DNA from: Pseudomonadota bacterium
GTDB taxonomy: Bacteria > Pseudomonadota > Alphaproteobacteria > MPNO01 > UBA830
Assembly (NCBI GenBank): GCA_036336685.1
Contig: JAYZFO010000008.1
Coordinates: forward strand, 9,923 to 73,922
Reading direction: 5' to 3'
Length of the DNA stretch: 64,000 nt
The notes under the pieces are model-generated. The model searched no databases. It was given only the letters and a program-made list of their open reading frames with translations, and was not told where the DNA came from. A program made the translations under genes and the position numbers. Positions within the stretch are counted from its first letter, which is position 1. Every line of letters begins with the position of its first letter. This document shows, one piece after another, positions 9,615-19,875 of this stretch.

Positions 9615-10505
9615 TTGTCAGTTGTGTACTCTAGTCTACGTAATTCTCTTCTATACTTGTTATTTATCGGCATCGGCGCTTGTCAGCCATTACCCCAGCC
9701 ATTCCAACCCACTGAAGAAAAAAAGATAGGGAACCCTCTACTCAAGCTACCAAATAGTGGGGGGGTAAATGTTATACGGCTTTTAGGTATAGAAAAAGAC
9801 CAAAGCAAGAAATTATCTATAGAGATTGTGCGCGCACTACAAAAACGAAACTTGCTATCAACTTCAGGGGCCGGCAACAAGCGGAGCATAACCTTAGAAG
9901 GGATGGTGACGGTTTTAGATGAGCAAAAACACGACATTAGAGTTGAAATATTATGGGAGATATTCAGTTCGCAAGGAGTTTCATTGGGCTACCATACAAA
10001 CAGCCTTCTAGTCGATAAAACGGGATGGGAGTTCGGCAAAGTTGAAACTATCCGAAAAGTTGCTGCTCACGCGGCAACCAGCGTAATTCAATTGCTAAAA
10101 CCTTCAACGCCAATACCCAAAACAAAGAAAAATAACAAAAATGGTATATACATCTGGCCTATTTACGGTGCCCCGTCCAACGCCGCAGCATTACTACGTG
10201 AACAGCTTATTTTCTATCTAAAACAAAGGTCAATTCCCGTTGTCTTCGACCTCCAAAAAAGAACGTTTGTATTAATGGGGGAGATATCACTCCAACCATC
10301 CAACATAGATAAACAAAATTTGGTAATTCGATGGACATTACTGCGGCCGGACGGCGGGGAAATTGGTAATCTTCACCAGGAAAATGAAGTAACAAACCGT
10401 ATCCTTGAGCTAGACTGGCCAAATGTAGCAAAGACTATCGCGGATACTGCAGCACAAGGTGTTGTGGAAATTCTTTCAAAGACGCATAACAGGCAGACTG
10501 ATTAA
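9615..10505 (+). CDS. Hypothetical lipoprotein with an internal two-fold repeat
   Basis: It has a TTG start and a signal peptide with a lipobox (LLFIGIGAC). Two modules of about 110 aa align with each other. I recognised no family. Confidence 0.6.
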   Translation: MSVVYSSLRNSLLYLLFIGIGACQPLPQPFQPTEEKKIGNPLLKLPNSGGVNVIRLLGIEKDQSKKLSIEIVRALQKRNLLSTSGAGNKRSITLEGMVTVLDEQKHDIRVEILWEIFSSQGVSLGYHTNSLLVDKTGWEFGKVETIRKVAAHAATSVIQLLKPSTPIPKTKKNNKNGIYIWPIYGAPSNAAALLREQLIFYLKQRSIPVVFDLQKRTFVLMGEISLQPSNIDKQNLVIRWTLLRPDGGEIGNLHQENEVTNRILELDWPNVAKTIADTAAQGVVEILSKTHNRQTD

Positions 10506-10653
10506 ACTCTCTGCCGGCTGCTTTTAGAATCGCAAATTGTTTACACTTAATGAGCCCACTGTTATTTTGTTGATGGCTCCACATTTATGGTGAGCCTCGG
10601 ACATAATAAATGAAAAATTGGTCAAGCGAAGCCGTAACGGGAAGACCCCGCAC

Positions 10654-11586
10654 ATGAAAATCATTGCGTGCAATAGCAATCGCCCTATGTCTGAAGCGAT
10701 CGCCGCGTATTTAAATTTAACACTCACTAAGGCCAGTGTTCGTCGGTTTTCTGACATGGAGTGTTTTGTAGAAATCCAGGAAAATATACGTGGCGAAGAT
10801 GTTTTTATAATCCAATCAACCTCTTACCCAGCTAACGATCATTTAATGGAATTACTAGTGGCACTTGACGCTGTGCGACGTGGCTCCGCCAGTCGGATCA
10901 CTGTAGTAATTCCTTACTTCGGATATGCCCGTCAGGACCGCAAATCTGGTCCCCGAACACCAATTTCTGCAAAACTAGTGGCAAATCTGATAACTGTTGC
11001 AGGTGCAGATCGTGTGCTAACAATGGATTTACACGCTGGACAAATTCAAGGTTTCTTTGACATTCCATTAGATAATTTATTCGCCGCACCGGTTTTTGTT
11101 CCTCATATCGAAGAACATTTTGAGAAAAATAACCTGGTCATGGTTTCGCCTGATGTTGGGGGTGTGGTCCGTGCTCGGGCATTTGCAAAGCGTCTTGACG
11201 CAGATCTTGCAATTATTGATAAACGAAGGGAACGGGCAGGAATTTCCGAAGTCATGCACATAATCGGTGACGTGGAGGACCGTACCTGTATTCTTGTAGA
11301 CGATATAGTCGATTCTGGCGGGACACTGTGCAATGCTGCAGAAGCGTTGGTGGAGGCCGGCGCCAGCAATGTCCATGCATATATAACTCACGGTGTGTTA
11401 TCGGGTGGCGCTGTGAAACGAATTGCGTCATCCCCAATTAAATCAATGTTCATCACAGATTCGATACAGGGCACCACGGCTGTTAAAGCGACAAAAAATA
11501 TCGAGCAAATTACTGTCGCACCGCTCATGGCAGAGGCGATAGGTCGAATAAGTGACTCAAGGTCTGTATCCAGTCTGTTTGACTAA
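10654..11586 (+). CDS. prs: Ribose-phosphate pyrophosphokinase
   Basis: It has the motifs [10 protein letters not shown], the PRPP-binding loop DDIVDSGGT, and HGVLSG. The start is the ATG at 10654 (MKIIACNSN...). Confidence 0.92.
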   Translation: MKIIACNSNRPMSEAIAAYLNLTLTKASVRRFSDMECFVEIQENIRGEDVFIIQSTSYPANDHLMELLVALDAVRRGSASRITVVIPYFGYARQDRKSGPRTPISAKLVANLITVAGADRVLTMDLHAGQIQGFFDIPLDNLFAAPVFVPHIEEHFEKNNLVMVSPDVGGVVRARAFAKRLDADLAIIDKRRERAGISEVMHIIGDVEDRTCILVDDIVDSGGTLCNAAEALVEAGASNVHAYITHGVLSGGAVKRIASSPIKSMFITDSIQGTTAVKATKNIEQITVAPLMAEAIGRISDSRSVSSLFD

Positions 11587-11641
11587 AGAGTTTTTTAGGG
11601 CTAAATACCGGCGCCCCGCTGGAGAACACTGGGGTTTTTTA

Positions 11642-11673
11642 GCCGGCACCCCTGTAGGCCGGTTTGTCTGTTT
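11642..11673 (+). terminator. Possible rho-independent terminator after prs
   Basis: A short GC stem (CCGGC at 11643-11647 pairing with GCCGG at 11658-11662) is followed by the T-rich TTTGTCTGTTT. The stem is weak. Confidence 0.3.
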
Positions 11674-11685
11674 GGAGGAAATAAT

Positions 11686-12378
11686 ATGGCCGAGGTCGAT
11701 ACTGTACCTGCCTCGCCGCGGGAAAGTGCCGGTAAGGGGTCCGCACGCATGGTCCGCCGCAACGGAATGGTACCTGCCGTAATATACGGCAGTAAAAAAG
11801 AACCAGTTCTGCTGACCCTCGAACGGAGAATTCTAGATCGTGAGCTAGATAATCCGCGGTTTTTCATACGTCTAATTGATGTGGAATTAGATGGTAATAA
11901 GCACCGAGTATTGCCAAGAGATGTCCAGTTTCATCCCGTATCGGATGCGCCACTGCACGTCGATTTTTTGCGCTTTGATCCCAAACGAAAAATCACTGTC
12001 GCAGTTCCGGTAAGTTTCGATGGAGAGAATGACTCACCAGGTCTAAAACGCGGCGGCGTGCTAAACGTCGTGCGGTATGAGGTTGAAGTTTTGTGTACAG
12101 CGGACAATATTCCCCAGGAACTCTTGCTACATATAGCAGGATTAGACATTGGCGATTCAGTACACGCTAGTAGTGTCACTCTAGGGGACGGTGTGGAATT
12201 TGCGATCACCGATCGTGATTTCACAATCGCAACAATTTCTGCTCCAACCATCATAGTAGAGCCGGTAGAGGACGAAGACGAAGAAGGAGACGAAACAGAA
12301 GCAGGCGAGGGTGATACGGAGGCTTCAGAGGATAGTGATGAAAGCCCAACCGATGAAGGAGAGAGCGACGACGCCTAG
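11686..12378 (+). CDS. rplY: 50S ribosomal protein L25 / general stress protein Ctc
   Basis: It has RRNGMVPAVIYG and the motif HPVSDAPLHVDF. The long acidic C-terminal tail is typical of Ctc-type L25. Confidence 0.9.
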   Translation: MAEVDTVPASPRESAGKGSARMVRRNGMVPAVIYGSKKEPVLLTLERRILDRELDNPRFFIRLIDVELDGNKHRVLPRDVQFHPVSDAPLHVDFLRFDPKRKITVAVPVSFDGENDSPGLKRGGVLNVVRYEVEVLCTADNIPQELLLHIAGLDIGDSVHASSVTLGDGVEFAITDRDFTIATISAPTIIVEPVEDEDEEGDETEAGEGDTEASEDSDESPTDEGESDDA

Positions 12379-12414
12379 GCGATTGTTGGTACCCACCGTA
12401 GCTAGTGACCATTG

Positions 12415-13011
12415 ATGCTTATTTTAGCTGGACTTGGAAACCCTGGTCCTAAACACAAACATCAGCGCCATAATATAGGTTTTATCGCCGCCGATGAAAT
12501 AATAAGACGTCATAACCTTATTCTTCGTCGAACACGCCATCATGCGTACGTTGCGGAAGGAAATATCGCTGGTGAGAAGGTCCTTTTGCTAAAACCCAAA
12601 ACTTTTATGAACGAGTCAGGCCGTGCACTTGGGTCTGCTGCTCGGTTCCTCAAGGTCCGACCACGCCAAGTGACAGTTTTATATGACGAACTTGATCTTG
12701 CCCCTGGAAAAGTGCGGGTAAAAGTAGGCGGTGGCCATGCGGGCCATAACGGTATACGGAGTATATCGTCACACATTGGGCAAGACTTTCGTCGCGTAAG
12801 AATTGGAATTGGCCATCCAGGTAATCAAAAGACAGTAAATCGATATGTTTTATCGGACTTCTATAAAAGTGAACGCGATTGGGTAAATAAGACTGTAGAC
12901 GCCATAGCGGAGGCATTGCCTATACTAATCGAGGGGGATAATACAGGATTTATGACAAAAGTCGCCTACCTCGCGCCCCCACCAGACCAGAAAGAAAGTC
13001 AAACGGACTAA
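12415..13011 (+). CDS. pth: Peptidyl-tRNA hydrolase
   Basis: It has MLILAGLGNPG...HNIGF and GGHAGHNG motifs. I prefer the ATG at 12415 over the TTG at 12412. Confidence 0.9.
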   Translation: MLILAGLGNPGPKHKHQRHNIGFIAADEIIRRHNLILRRTRHHAYVAEGNIAGEKVLLLKPKTFMNESGRALGSAARFLKVRPRQVTVLYDELDLAPGKVRVKVGGGHAGHNGIRSISSHIGQDFRRVRIGIGHPGNQKTVNRYVLSDFYKSERDWVNKTVDAIAEALPILIEGDNTGFMTKVAYLAPPPDQKESQTD

Positions 13012-13016
13012 ATATA

Positions 13017-14117
13017 ATGGGTTTTCAGTGTGGTATCGTTGGCCTGCCCAACGTGGGAAAATCAACACTTTTCAATGCGTTAACAGCAACCAGCGCAGCA
13101 GAAGCCAAAAACTATCCCTTTTGTACGGTAGACCCCAATGCGGGCCAAGTAACAGTTCCGGATGATCGTTTGGAGGTGATTGCGGAACTGGCGAATTCTA
13201 AAGATAGAGTTCCAGCAAACGTTGATTTTGTAGATATAGCCGGCCTGGTCAAGGGTGCCAGCCGCGGAGAAGGTCTCGGAAATCAATTCCTCGCCCACAT
13301 AAGAGAAGTGTCAGCGATTGTGCATGTCCTTCGCTGCTTTAAGGGAACTGATGTCACTCATATTTCAGGCAAAGTAGACCCGTTAGCCGATGCTGATATC
13401 GTTGATACTGAATTAATGCTTGCTGATTTACAAAGTCTAGAACGCCGCACCGAGCCACTCATTAAGAAAACGCGTGGAGGCGACCGGGAAGCACAGGCCA
13501 TACTCTCGCTTGTCCAGCGGGCTCAAAAATTGTTAGAGCAAGGCAAACCCGTAAGAGCTATGGCGGTAGGTAAAGACGAACAACGCCTATTTGACAGCAT
13601 GCATTTACTCACTGCAAAGCCCGTAATGTATGTTTGCAATGTAGAAGATGAAAGTGCAGCGACTGGAAATAGCCTATCTGAAATGGTTGCCAACCGGGCG
13701 AAGACAGAAGGCTCCGCTTGCGTGGTCATATCCGCGGGTATTGAGGCCGAAATTGCTCAACTCGACAATATTGATGATAAAAAAGAGTTTCTCGAAAGTC
13801 TTAAACTAGAACGAACCGGGCTCGAACGGGTGATAAGGGCTGGATACAATCTGCTGGGGCTCATTACTTATTTCACAGCAGGTCCGAACGAAGCCCGCGC
13901 ACGGACTATCCCCAAAAATACAATGGCTGTAGACGCAGCCGGAATCATACACACAGATTTTGCGCGTGGCTTTATCTGTGCGGAAACAATCTCTTTCAAC
14001 GACTACGTATCAAATGGCGGAGAGGCTGGAGCAAAAGAAGCAGGGCGGATGAGGCAGGAAGGTCGCGACTATATTGTTAAAGACGGGGAAGTTGTGCTTT
14101 TCCGTTTTAACGTATGA
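13017..14117 (+). CDS. ychF: Redox-regulated ATPase YchF
   Basis: It has the P-loop GIVGLPNVGKSTLFNA, a DIAGLV motif and the C-terminal TGS-like region (FIRAEV-type motif, FICAET here). It is 366 aa. Confidence 0.95.
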   Translation: MGFQCGIVGLPNVGKSTLFNALTATSAAEAKNYPFCTVDPNAGQVTVPDDRLEVIAELANSKDRVPANVDFVDIAGLVKGASRGEGLGNQFLAHIREVSAIVHVLRCFKGTDVTHISGKVDPLADADIVDTELMLADLQSLERRTEPLIKKTRGGDREAQAILSLVQRAQKLLEQGKPVRAMAVGKDEQRLFDSMHLLTAKPVMYVCNVEDESAATGNSLSEMVANRAKTEGSACVVISAGIEAEIAQLDNIDDKKEFLESLKLERTGLERVIRAGYNLLGLITYFTAGPNEARARTIPKNTMAVDAAGIIHTDFARGFICAETISFNDYVSNGGEAGAKEAGRMRQEGRDYIVKDGEVVLFRFNV

Positions 14118-14229
14118 CTGAGCCGGTTAAACTATGCACGAATATCGGTATAATCACTGTTAAATAGCAATCAAGCATACGTATATTTTAACCGGTAAAT
14201 TTTCTAACGATCTTATGGAGGGGAGAATT

Positions 14230-14904
14230 ATGGGACAAACCATTTCACTAACGACAACTGACGGACACAATCTTGACGCATACAAAGCCGAACCCACGGG
14301 TGCGCCTAAAGGTGCACTGGTAGTAATCCAAGAAATATTCGGTGTTAATGGCCAAATTCGGAGCACCGTGGATCATTTTTCTAATCAAGGTTACGTCGCA
14401 ATTGCACCAGCTCTTTTCGATCGTATCGAGAAGGGAATCGAGCTTAGCTACAACGAAGATGACTTTGCAACGGGCCGCGAAACGCGTCAAAAAATAACCG
14501 ACGATTGGATTACTTCCGACATTAGCGCTGCGGTCCAGGAGGTCTCATCGGCGGGTAATGTAAGCGTAATTGGCTTTTGTTTTGGGGGCTATGCAACCTA
14601 TATAGCTGCCTGTACGGTTGACGGTCTTTCTGCGGCTATGCCGTTTTATGGTGGTGGAATTGCTGCAAAGGTCGGCGAGATGAAACCAAAATGTCCAACC
14701 CAATTTCATTTCGGTGATAACGACGCGGCAATTCCTCTCGATGATTTACAAAAGATCAAGGATGCCCTGCAAGACAGTCCACTATACGTCTACGATGACT
14801 CCGGGCACGGCTTTACTTGTGACGACCGTGATTCCTATAACGCTGGTGCGACCCAGCGATCATATGCTCGCGCCCTAGAATGGGTGAGCCAACACACAGC
14901 TTAA
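14230..14904 (+). CDS. Dienelactone hydrolase family protein
   Basis: It has the nucleophile-Cys motif GFCFGG, a late HGF histidine, and is about 225 aa. The ATG at 14230 is preceded by GGAGGGGA. Confidence 0.85.
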   Translation: MGQTISLTTTDGHNLDAYKAEPTGAPKGALVVIQEIFGVNGQIRSTVDHFSNQGYVAIAPALFDRIEKGIELSYNEDDFATGRETRQKITDDWITSDISAAVQEVSSAGNVSVIGFCFGGYATYIAACTVDGLSAAMPFYGGGIAAKVGEMKPKCPTQFHFGDNDAAIPLDDLQKIKDALQDSPLYVYDDSGHGFTCDDRDSYNAGATQRSYARALEWVSQHTA

Positions 14905-14914
14905 GAAATAGCTA

Positions 14915-14956
14915 AACAATTAGACCCTCGTCCTAACAGGCGGGGGTTTAATTGTT
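14915..14956. terminator. Strong hairpin between convergent genes (candidate bidirectional terminator)
   Basis: 14915-14930 pairs with 14941-14956, giving a 16-bp stem with two G-U pairs and the 10-nt loop TCCTAACAGG. It lies 11 nt after the DLH stop codon. There is no clean T-run after it. Confidence 0.45.
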
Positions 14957-15118
14957 GCAAGTGTCCCGGCTTCGAGAAACTCAATCAAAGCACCCTTCAA
15001 AAGGGTCCGTATTATATCATTTTACTGGTCGGTAACCCCCGCATTATATCTTGATGCAGGAAGGACTTTTATTTGGATAGACGAGTGAGGCACTACCGAA
15101 ACTAATCGGACAAAATAC

Positions 15119-15499
15119 TCATTCTAGTTTGTGGCAAACAGCCTGCAATTTATTTCCGTCAGGATCCCGAACATATGCACCGTAGTAGTGATCATGATAG
15201 TGTCGTCTAAGGCCGGGCAACCCTTCATCAGTGCCGCCGGAGGCTAGAGCCATTGAATGAAAGTCGTCAACGACCACACGACTGGCTGCATTAAATGCTA
15301 TATGGGTCCCATTCCCGACGGACGCGGCGTTCCCATCGAAGGGCAACATCACAAAAAATCTCGAGCCCGACCGATGACCATAACAAATCAAAGTCTTACG
15401 TTCAAAAGCACGAACATGTCCCAGAACCCCTAAAACGGCGTCATAAAAACTGCCAGCATGCTTTAGATCCTTGGTACCCACTGTCACATGCCCAAACAT
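15119..15499 (-). CDS. VOC (glyoxalase/bleomycin-resistance) family protein
   Basis: It is about 126 aa and begins MFGHVTVGTKDL. The C-terminal YVRDPDGNKLQAV is typical of VOC proteins. The ATG at 15499 has an AGAGG RBS. Confidence 0.75.
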   Translation of the reverse strand: MFGHVTVGTKDLKHAGSFYDAVLGVLGHVRAFERKTLICYGHRSGSRFFVMLPFDGNAASVGNGTHIAFNAASRVVVDDFHSMALASGGTDEGLPGLRRHYHDHYYGAYVRDPDGNKLQAVCHKLE

Positions 15500-15558
15500 A
15501 TATACCTCTATGAAAGGAGGCGGCATAATCATCCGCCTCTATGGCACTACCGTAAAGG

Positions 15559-16320
15559 TTAGTGAACTTTTGCCCAGACCCGCCTTTTTACGACATACAC
15601 TAAGCCAGTAAGCAACAGAAGAAAAAGGATTACCTTGACACCCATCCGTTTGCGTTCTTCGAGTTCAGGTTCGGCGGTCCAGGCAAGGAAAGTAACAACA
15701 TCTTCCGCCTGCTGCTTCACGGTGGCTTTAGTGCCATCCGCATATTCAACACCATCTTCTTGCAACGGGGCTGCCATGGCTATCAGTTTTCCCGCAAAAT
15801 ACTCGTTATAGTTCATCCCTTCTGGGACTGTCACATTGGTAGGAGCGTCCTTATACCCTGTTAGAAGAGCTTGAATATAATCTGCACCGCCAATACGCGC
15901 CTTCACTATCAAAGATAAATCAGGAGGTAACGCCCCGTTATTAGAAGCGCGAGCCGCATTGTCATTAGGAAACGGTGATTTAAACCGATCGGACGGCAAA
16001 CCTGGACGGTTTTCAATTTCACCATCTTCATTGGGTTCCGACGGAAACTCTCGCTCGGCAGCTATTCTTTTTACCTCAGCCTCTGAAAAACCAATATCTT
16101 CGAGATTGCGATAAGCCACAAGTCGCAGGCTGTGACAACCGGAACACACCTCGTTATATACCTTGAAACCTCTGCGTAGTGCCCCGCGATCAAATGTCCC
16201 AAACAGCCCTGAGTGTTTCCAATAGTGTTCAGGGGCAGGTGCAGCATCACCGGCCGCTTGCGAGGATGACGCTACCAAGCCGAAAATTCCGGCAACCATT
16301 AGCGTTTTTATTATTTTCAT
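15559..16320 (-). CDS. petC: Cytochrome c1 (bc1 complex)
   Basis: It has a signal peptide, the heme-binding motif CSGCHS and a C-terminal membrane anchor. Its ATG overlaps the petB stop (TAATG). Confidence 0.9.
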   Translation of the reverse strand: MKIIKTLMVAGIFGLVASSSQAAGDAAPAPEHYWKHSGLFGTFDRGALRRGFKVYNEVCSGCHSLRLVAYRNLEDIGFSEAEVKRIAAEREFPSEPNEDGEIENRPGLPSDRFKSPFPNDNAARASNNGALPPDLSLIVKARIGGADYIQALLTGYKDAPTNVTVPEGMNYNEYFAGKLIAMAAPLQEDGVEYADGTKATVKQQAEDVVTFLAWTAEPELEERKRMGVKVILFLLLLTGLVYVVKRRVWAKVH

Positions 16321-17645
16321 TACGCCTTCTCCATCGCCTTACTCGCAGCGACAACAGGCTCCGCTCCTCCTCCGAGTACCGGCTCAGAGATGCTTTTGGG
16401 CAGCTCCTTGGGAGTTTCAAATTTTGCCAGCAAAGGAATAACAACAAGGAAGTGAATAAAATACCAAGCTGTTGCGACGCGGCCAATAATTATAAACACT
16501 CCCTCCGCAGGCTTGGCACCCACGTACCCCAGCACTAAACAATCAATCAGAAAAATCCAGAAAAACCATTTATACATCGGCCTGAAGCGTGACGAGCGAA
16601 CGGGTGACCGATCGAGCCATGGCAGAATAAACAATACCGCAATTGCGCCAAACATCGCCAAAACCCCGGCAAGCTTTGCCTCGAATATAATGAAGCCAAG
16701 CCATTCAGTCGTCCAGCCACCGATAAAATTGTCGGGGACAGCTCTAAGAATGGCGTAGAACGGTAGGAAATACCATTCAGGCACGATGTGAGCTGGCGTA
16801 GAGAGCGAGTTTGCCGGAATGTAATTATCCGGTTCTCCAAAGAAGTTGGGCGCAAAAAAGACGAAGAGGGCGAAGAATGTAAGAAACACCCCCAAACCAA
16901 ACATGTCTTTAATGGTGTAGTACGGATGAAACGGGATTACGTCTTGTTCGCCCTTCGTATCTATACCAATGGGATTATTAGACCCATGCACATGCAATGC
17001 CCAAATATGAAGGACAACCACACCCACAATCAGAAATGGGAGTAGATAATGTAGACTAAAAAATCTATTTAAGGTCGGATTGTCCACCGCAAAACCACCC
17101 CACAAGAGCGTTACAATCCAATCTCCAATGCCCCAGGGTATCGCAGAGAATAGGTTGGTAATGACCGTGGCGCCCCAAAAACTCATTTGTCCCCAAGGCA
17201 AAACATAGCCCATAAATGCAGTCGCCATCATCAACAATAGGATTACAACACCTAAAATCCAAAGAATTTCACGAGGTGCTTTATAAGATCCAAAATACAG
17301 TCCCCGAAAGATATGAATGTACACGACGATGAAAAACATCGACCCCCCATTCATATGGATATACCGTATCAACCACCCGTAATTTACGTCGCGCATAATT
17401 CGCTCGACAGAATCAAAAGCATGATCAGTGTGGGGCGTATAGTGCATTGCTAACGTGATGCCGGTAACAATCATTATCACAAGTACAATCCCAGCAAGGG
17501 AACCAAAATTCCACCAATAATTTAGATTTCGCGGCGTTGGGTATTCGTACAATTCATGGCTCATGAACGAAAACACGGGTAGTCGGTGATCAACCCAACG
17601 GACGAGGCTATTATCTAGCCAGGCAGGTTTTTGAAATTTTACCAT
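16320..17645 (-). CDS. petB: Cytochrome b (bc1 complex)
   Basis: It is a polytopic protein with conserved cytochrome b segments ([31 protein letters not shown]). Confidence 0.95.
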   Translation of the reverse strand: MVKFQKPAWLDNSLVRWVDHRLPVFSFMSHELYEYPTPRNLNYWWNFGSLAGIVLVIMIVTGITLAMHYTPHTDHAFDSVERIMRDVNYGWLIRYIHMNGGSMFFIVVYIHIFRGLYFGSYKAPREILWILGVVILLLMMATAFMGYVLPWGQMSFWGATVITNLFSAIPWGIGDWIVTLLWGGFAVDNPTLNRFFSLHYLLPFLIVGVVVLHIWALHVHGSNNPIGIDTKGEQDVIPFHPYYTIKDMFGLGVFLTFFALFVFFAPNFFGEPDNYIPANSLSTPAHIVPEWYFLPFYAILRAVPDNFIGGWTTEWLGFIIFEAKLAGVLAMFGAIAVLFILPWLDRSPVRSSRFRPMYKWFFWIFLIDCLVLGYVGAKPAEGVFIIIGRVATAWYFIHFLVVIPLLAKFETPKELPKSISEPVLGGGAEPVVAASKAMEKA

Positions 17646-17656
17646 TCTTGTCTACC

Positions 17657-18220
17657 TCAGCCGATTTTAACGACTGTATCATTTAGGAAAGTGTATTCCG
17701 GTACTTCTAAATTACGGGGTGCTGGACCTTTCCGGATACGTCCAGACGTGTCGTAATGAGACCCGTGGCAGGGACAGAACCAACCATTAAATTCACCTTT
17801 CGTCTCCCCCTGTGACGTTCCTAGGGGAATGCAGCCGAGATGAGTACAAACCCCCACTAGAATAAGCCACTGGGCCTTTCCCTCTTTTACTCGATTTTCA
17901 TCTTCCTCGGGATCAACCAAATCGTCGCGCGCGATCTTCGCAGCAGCAGATATCTCCGCGGGCGTTCGATGGCGAATAAAAACCGGTTTGCCGCGCCATT
18001 TAACCTTTATCGCTTGGCCGATCTCAATTCCGGAAATGTCGACCTCAATTGATGCGAGGGCGAGAGTGTCGGCGGCGGGGTTCATCTGGTGAACAAGGGG
18101 CCAAGCAACGGCAGCAGCACCGACGACAGCAAACGCTCCTGTCGCTAGTTGCAGAAAATCACGGCGAGTTTCCTCGACGTGACCATCTTCGGCCGCTTCC
18201 GAGCCCTCCGTTTCAGCCAT
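17657..18220 (-). CDS. petA: Rieske iron-sulfur subunit (bc1 complex)
   Basis: It has a Tat-like RRDFL signal and Rieske boxes CTHLGC and CPCHGS. The start is either the ATG at 18220 or the GTG at 18229. Confidence 0.93.
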   Translation of the reverse strand: MAETEGSEAAEDGHVEETRRDFLQLATGAFAVVGAAAVAWPLVHQMNPAADTLALASIEVDISGIEIGQAIKVKWRGKPVFIRHRTPAEISAAAKIARDDLVDPEEDENRVKEGKAQWLILVGVCTHLGCIPLGTSQGETKGEFNGWFCPCHGSHYDTSGRIRKGPAPRNLEVPEYTFLNDTVVKIG

Positions 18221-18538
18221 GTTTTTCACCCTGCTTCCGTTGATCCACCGTTACTATATTGTACGTCAAATATCCACCGAGACGCATAAATAAACCCTTT
18301 TATCAGTGTGCCAATTACCAGACTGTATATAGCTACCACGTGCACAGATTCATGGTATGTGGCGCGTCGCCGCACACTTTCGAGTCGGTCGTCAGCTCTA
18401 ACCATGTTTAAACTGGGTATAGTCCAATTTTCTGATGCTGAAAACCCTCGAGAAAGCGCTTTATTAGACCAATTACAAACAAAAAAATGTGAAATTCAAA
18501 TTGTTGCCTGAAATAACATACATCGGTATGCCTGTTGC

Positions 18539-19009
18539 ATGAACATCACCCTTTATCAACCCGATATTCCTCAAAATGCAGGTGCTGTTTTTCGCCTTGC
18601 GGCGTGCCTTGGGGCATCTGTCGACATTATAGAGCCCTGTGGCTTCGTCCTGAACGACTCCCGTCTACGCCGTGTCATGATGGATTACGCACCAAAAGCT
18701 GCGATCAAGAGACACGATTGTTGGGATTCTTGGATCGCAAACAAGCTGCCAGGTCGGATTTTGTTACTCACAACTTCAGGGGACACACCCTATTCATCTT
18801 TTGGTTTTCATAAATCGGACGTATTGCTCCTCGGTAGGGAAAGTGCCGGCGTACCAGCAGACATACACCGCGCTGTGGACGCCCGACTTTTTATTCCCAT
18901 GGTTGAAGACGCCCGGTCTTTAAACGTGGTCACGGCAGCAGCGATGGTCATAGGGGAGGCACTGCGTCAAACTGGTGAATTCAGTGCCATAGGAATAAAC
19001 GATCAATGA
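18539..19009 (+). CDS. trmL: tRNA (cytidine/uridine-2'-O-)-methyltransferase TrmL (SpoU family)
   Basis: It is 156 aa, with the [21 protein letters not shown]-terminus and the SPOUT motif [11 protein letters not shown]...SLNV. Confidence 0.85.
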   Translation: MNITLYQPDIPQNAGAVFRLAACLGASVDIIEPCGFVLNDSRLRRVMMDYAPKAAIKRHDCWDSWIANKLPGRILLLTTSGDTPYSSFGFHKSDVLLLGRESAGVPADIHRAVDARLFIPMVEDARSLNVVTAAAMVIGEALRQTGEFSAIGINDQ

Positions 19010-19869
19010 AAACAAACTCTCTAGAAGTACAGAAAACAGATACCACCGCGTGGTTTACGCAGTTGAGAGATCAGATTTGCTCTCAGTTTGAACGACTAGA
19101 GGACGCTGTCGCGACACCCCACCCGTCTTTGGGTGTTGAACCCCCTGGTCGTTTTAGACGCACCAAATGGGACCGGCCGGGTGGCGGTGGAGGAGAGATT
19201 TCGTTGATGAAAGGCCGCGTTTTTGAAAAAGTAGGAGTGAACATATCAACTGTACACGGAGAGTTTTCGGAAGGATTTCGCAACGATATACCTGGTGCTG
19301 CCGAGGACCCGAGGTTTTGGGCATCAGGCATCTCCGTTGTCGCCCACCTGCGATCGCCACACGTACCCGCAGCACATATGAACACCCGCTTTATCGTTAC
19401 CACAAAATCTTGGTTCGGTGGCGGAAGCGATTTAACTCCAATGCTGCCGAATGACGCAGATACCTCGAAGTTTCATGAAGCCTTTGAGAAGACATGCGAT
19501 AAACACGATGCCACGTATTATTCTAGGTTCAAAAAATGGTGCGACGAATACTTCCACATTGCCCACAGAGATGAACCTCGCGGGGTAGGTGGAATTTTTT
19601 ATGATTATCTTGATTCAGGTGATTGGTCTAAGGATTTTTCTTTTACTAAAGACGTCGGACTAACATTTTTAGATGTCTATCCGAAAATTGTGACCAACCA
19701 CATGAACGAAACATGGACAGCTGAGGAAAGAGAACATCAGCTATACCGACGCGGTCGCTATGTTGAATATAATCTGCTCTATGACCGGGGTACCATCTTC
19801 GGGTTGAAGACTGGCGGCAATGTAGATGCGATTCTGATGTCTCTTCCACCGGAAGTGAAATGGCCATAA
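19006..19869 (+). CDS. hemF: Oxygen-dependent coproporphyrinogen III oxidase
   Basis: It has the motifs [37 protein letters not shown] and [12 protein letters not shown]. An ATGA overlap links it to trmL. Confidence 0.92.
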   Translation: MKTNSLEVQKTDTTAWFTQLRDQICSQFERLEDAVATPHPSLGVEPPGRFRRTKWDRPGGGGGEISLMKGRVFEKVGVNISTVHGEFSEGFRNDIPGAAEDPRFWASGISVVAHLRSPHVPAAHMNTRFIVTTKSWFGGGSDLTPMLPNDADTSKFHEAFEKTCDKHDATYYSRFKKWCDEYFHIAHRDEPRGVGGIFYDYLDSGDWSKDFSFTKDVGLTFLDVYPKIVTNHMNETWTAEEREHQLYRRGRYVEYNLLYDRGTIFGLKTGGNVDAILMSLPPEVKWP

Positions 19870-19875
19870 AACAAA

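Noticed and set aside
11552-11867. ORFs of 76 aa (plus strand) and 88 aa (minus strand) spanning the prs-rplY spacer.
   Set aside because: They overlap the prs 3' end, the terminator-like hairpins and the rplY 5' end. The L25/Ctc frame is unambiguous.
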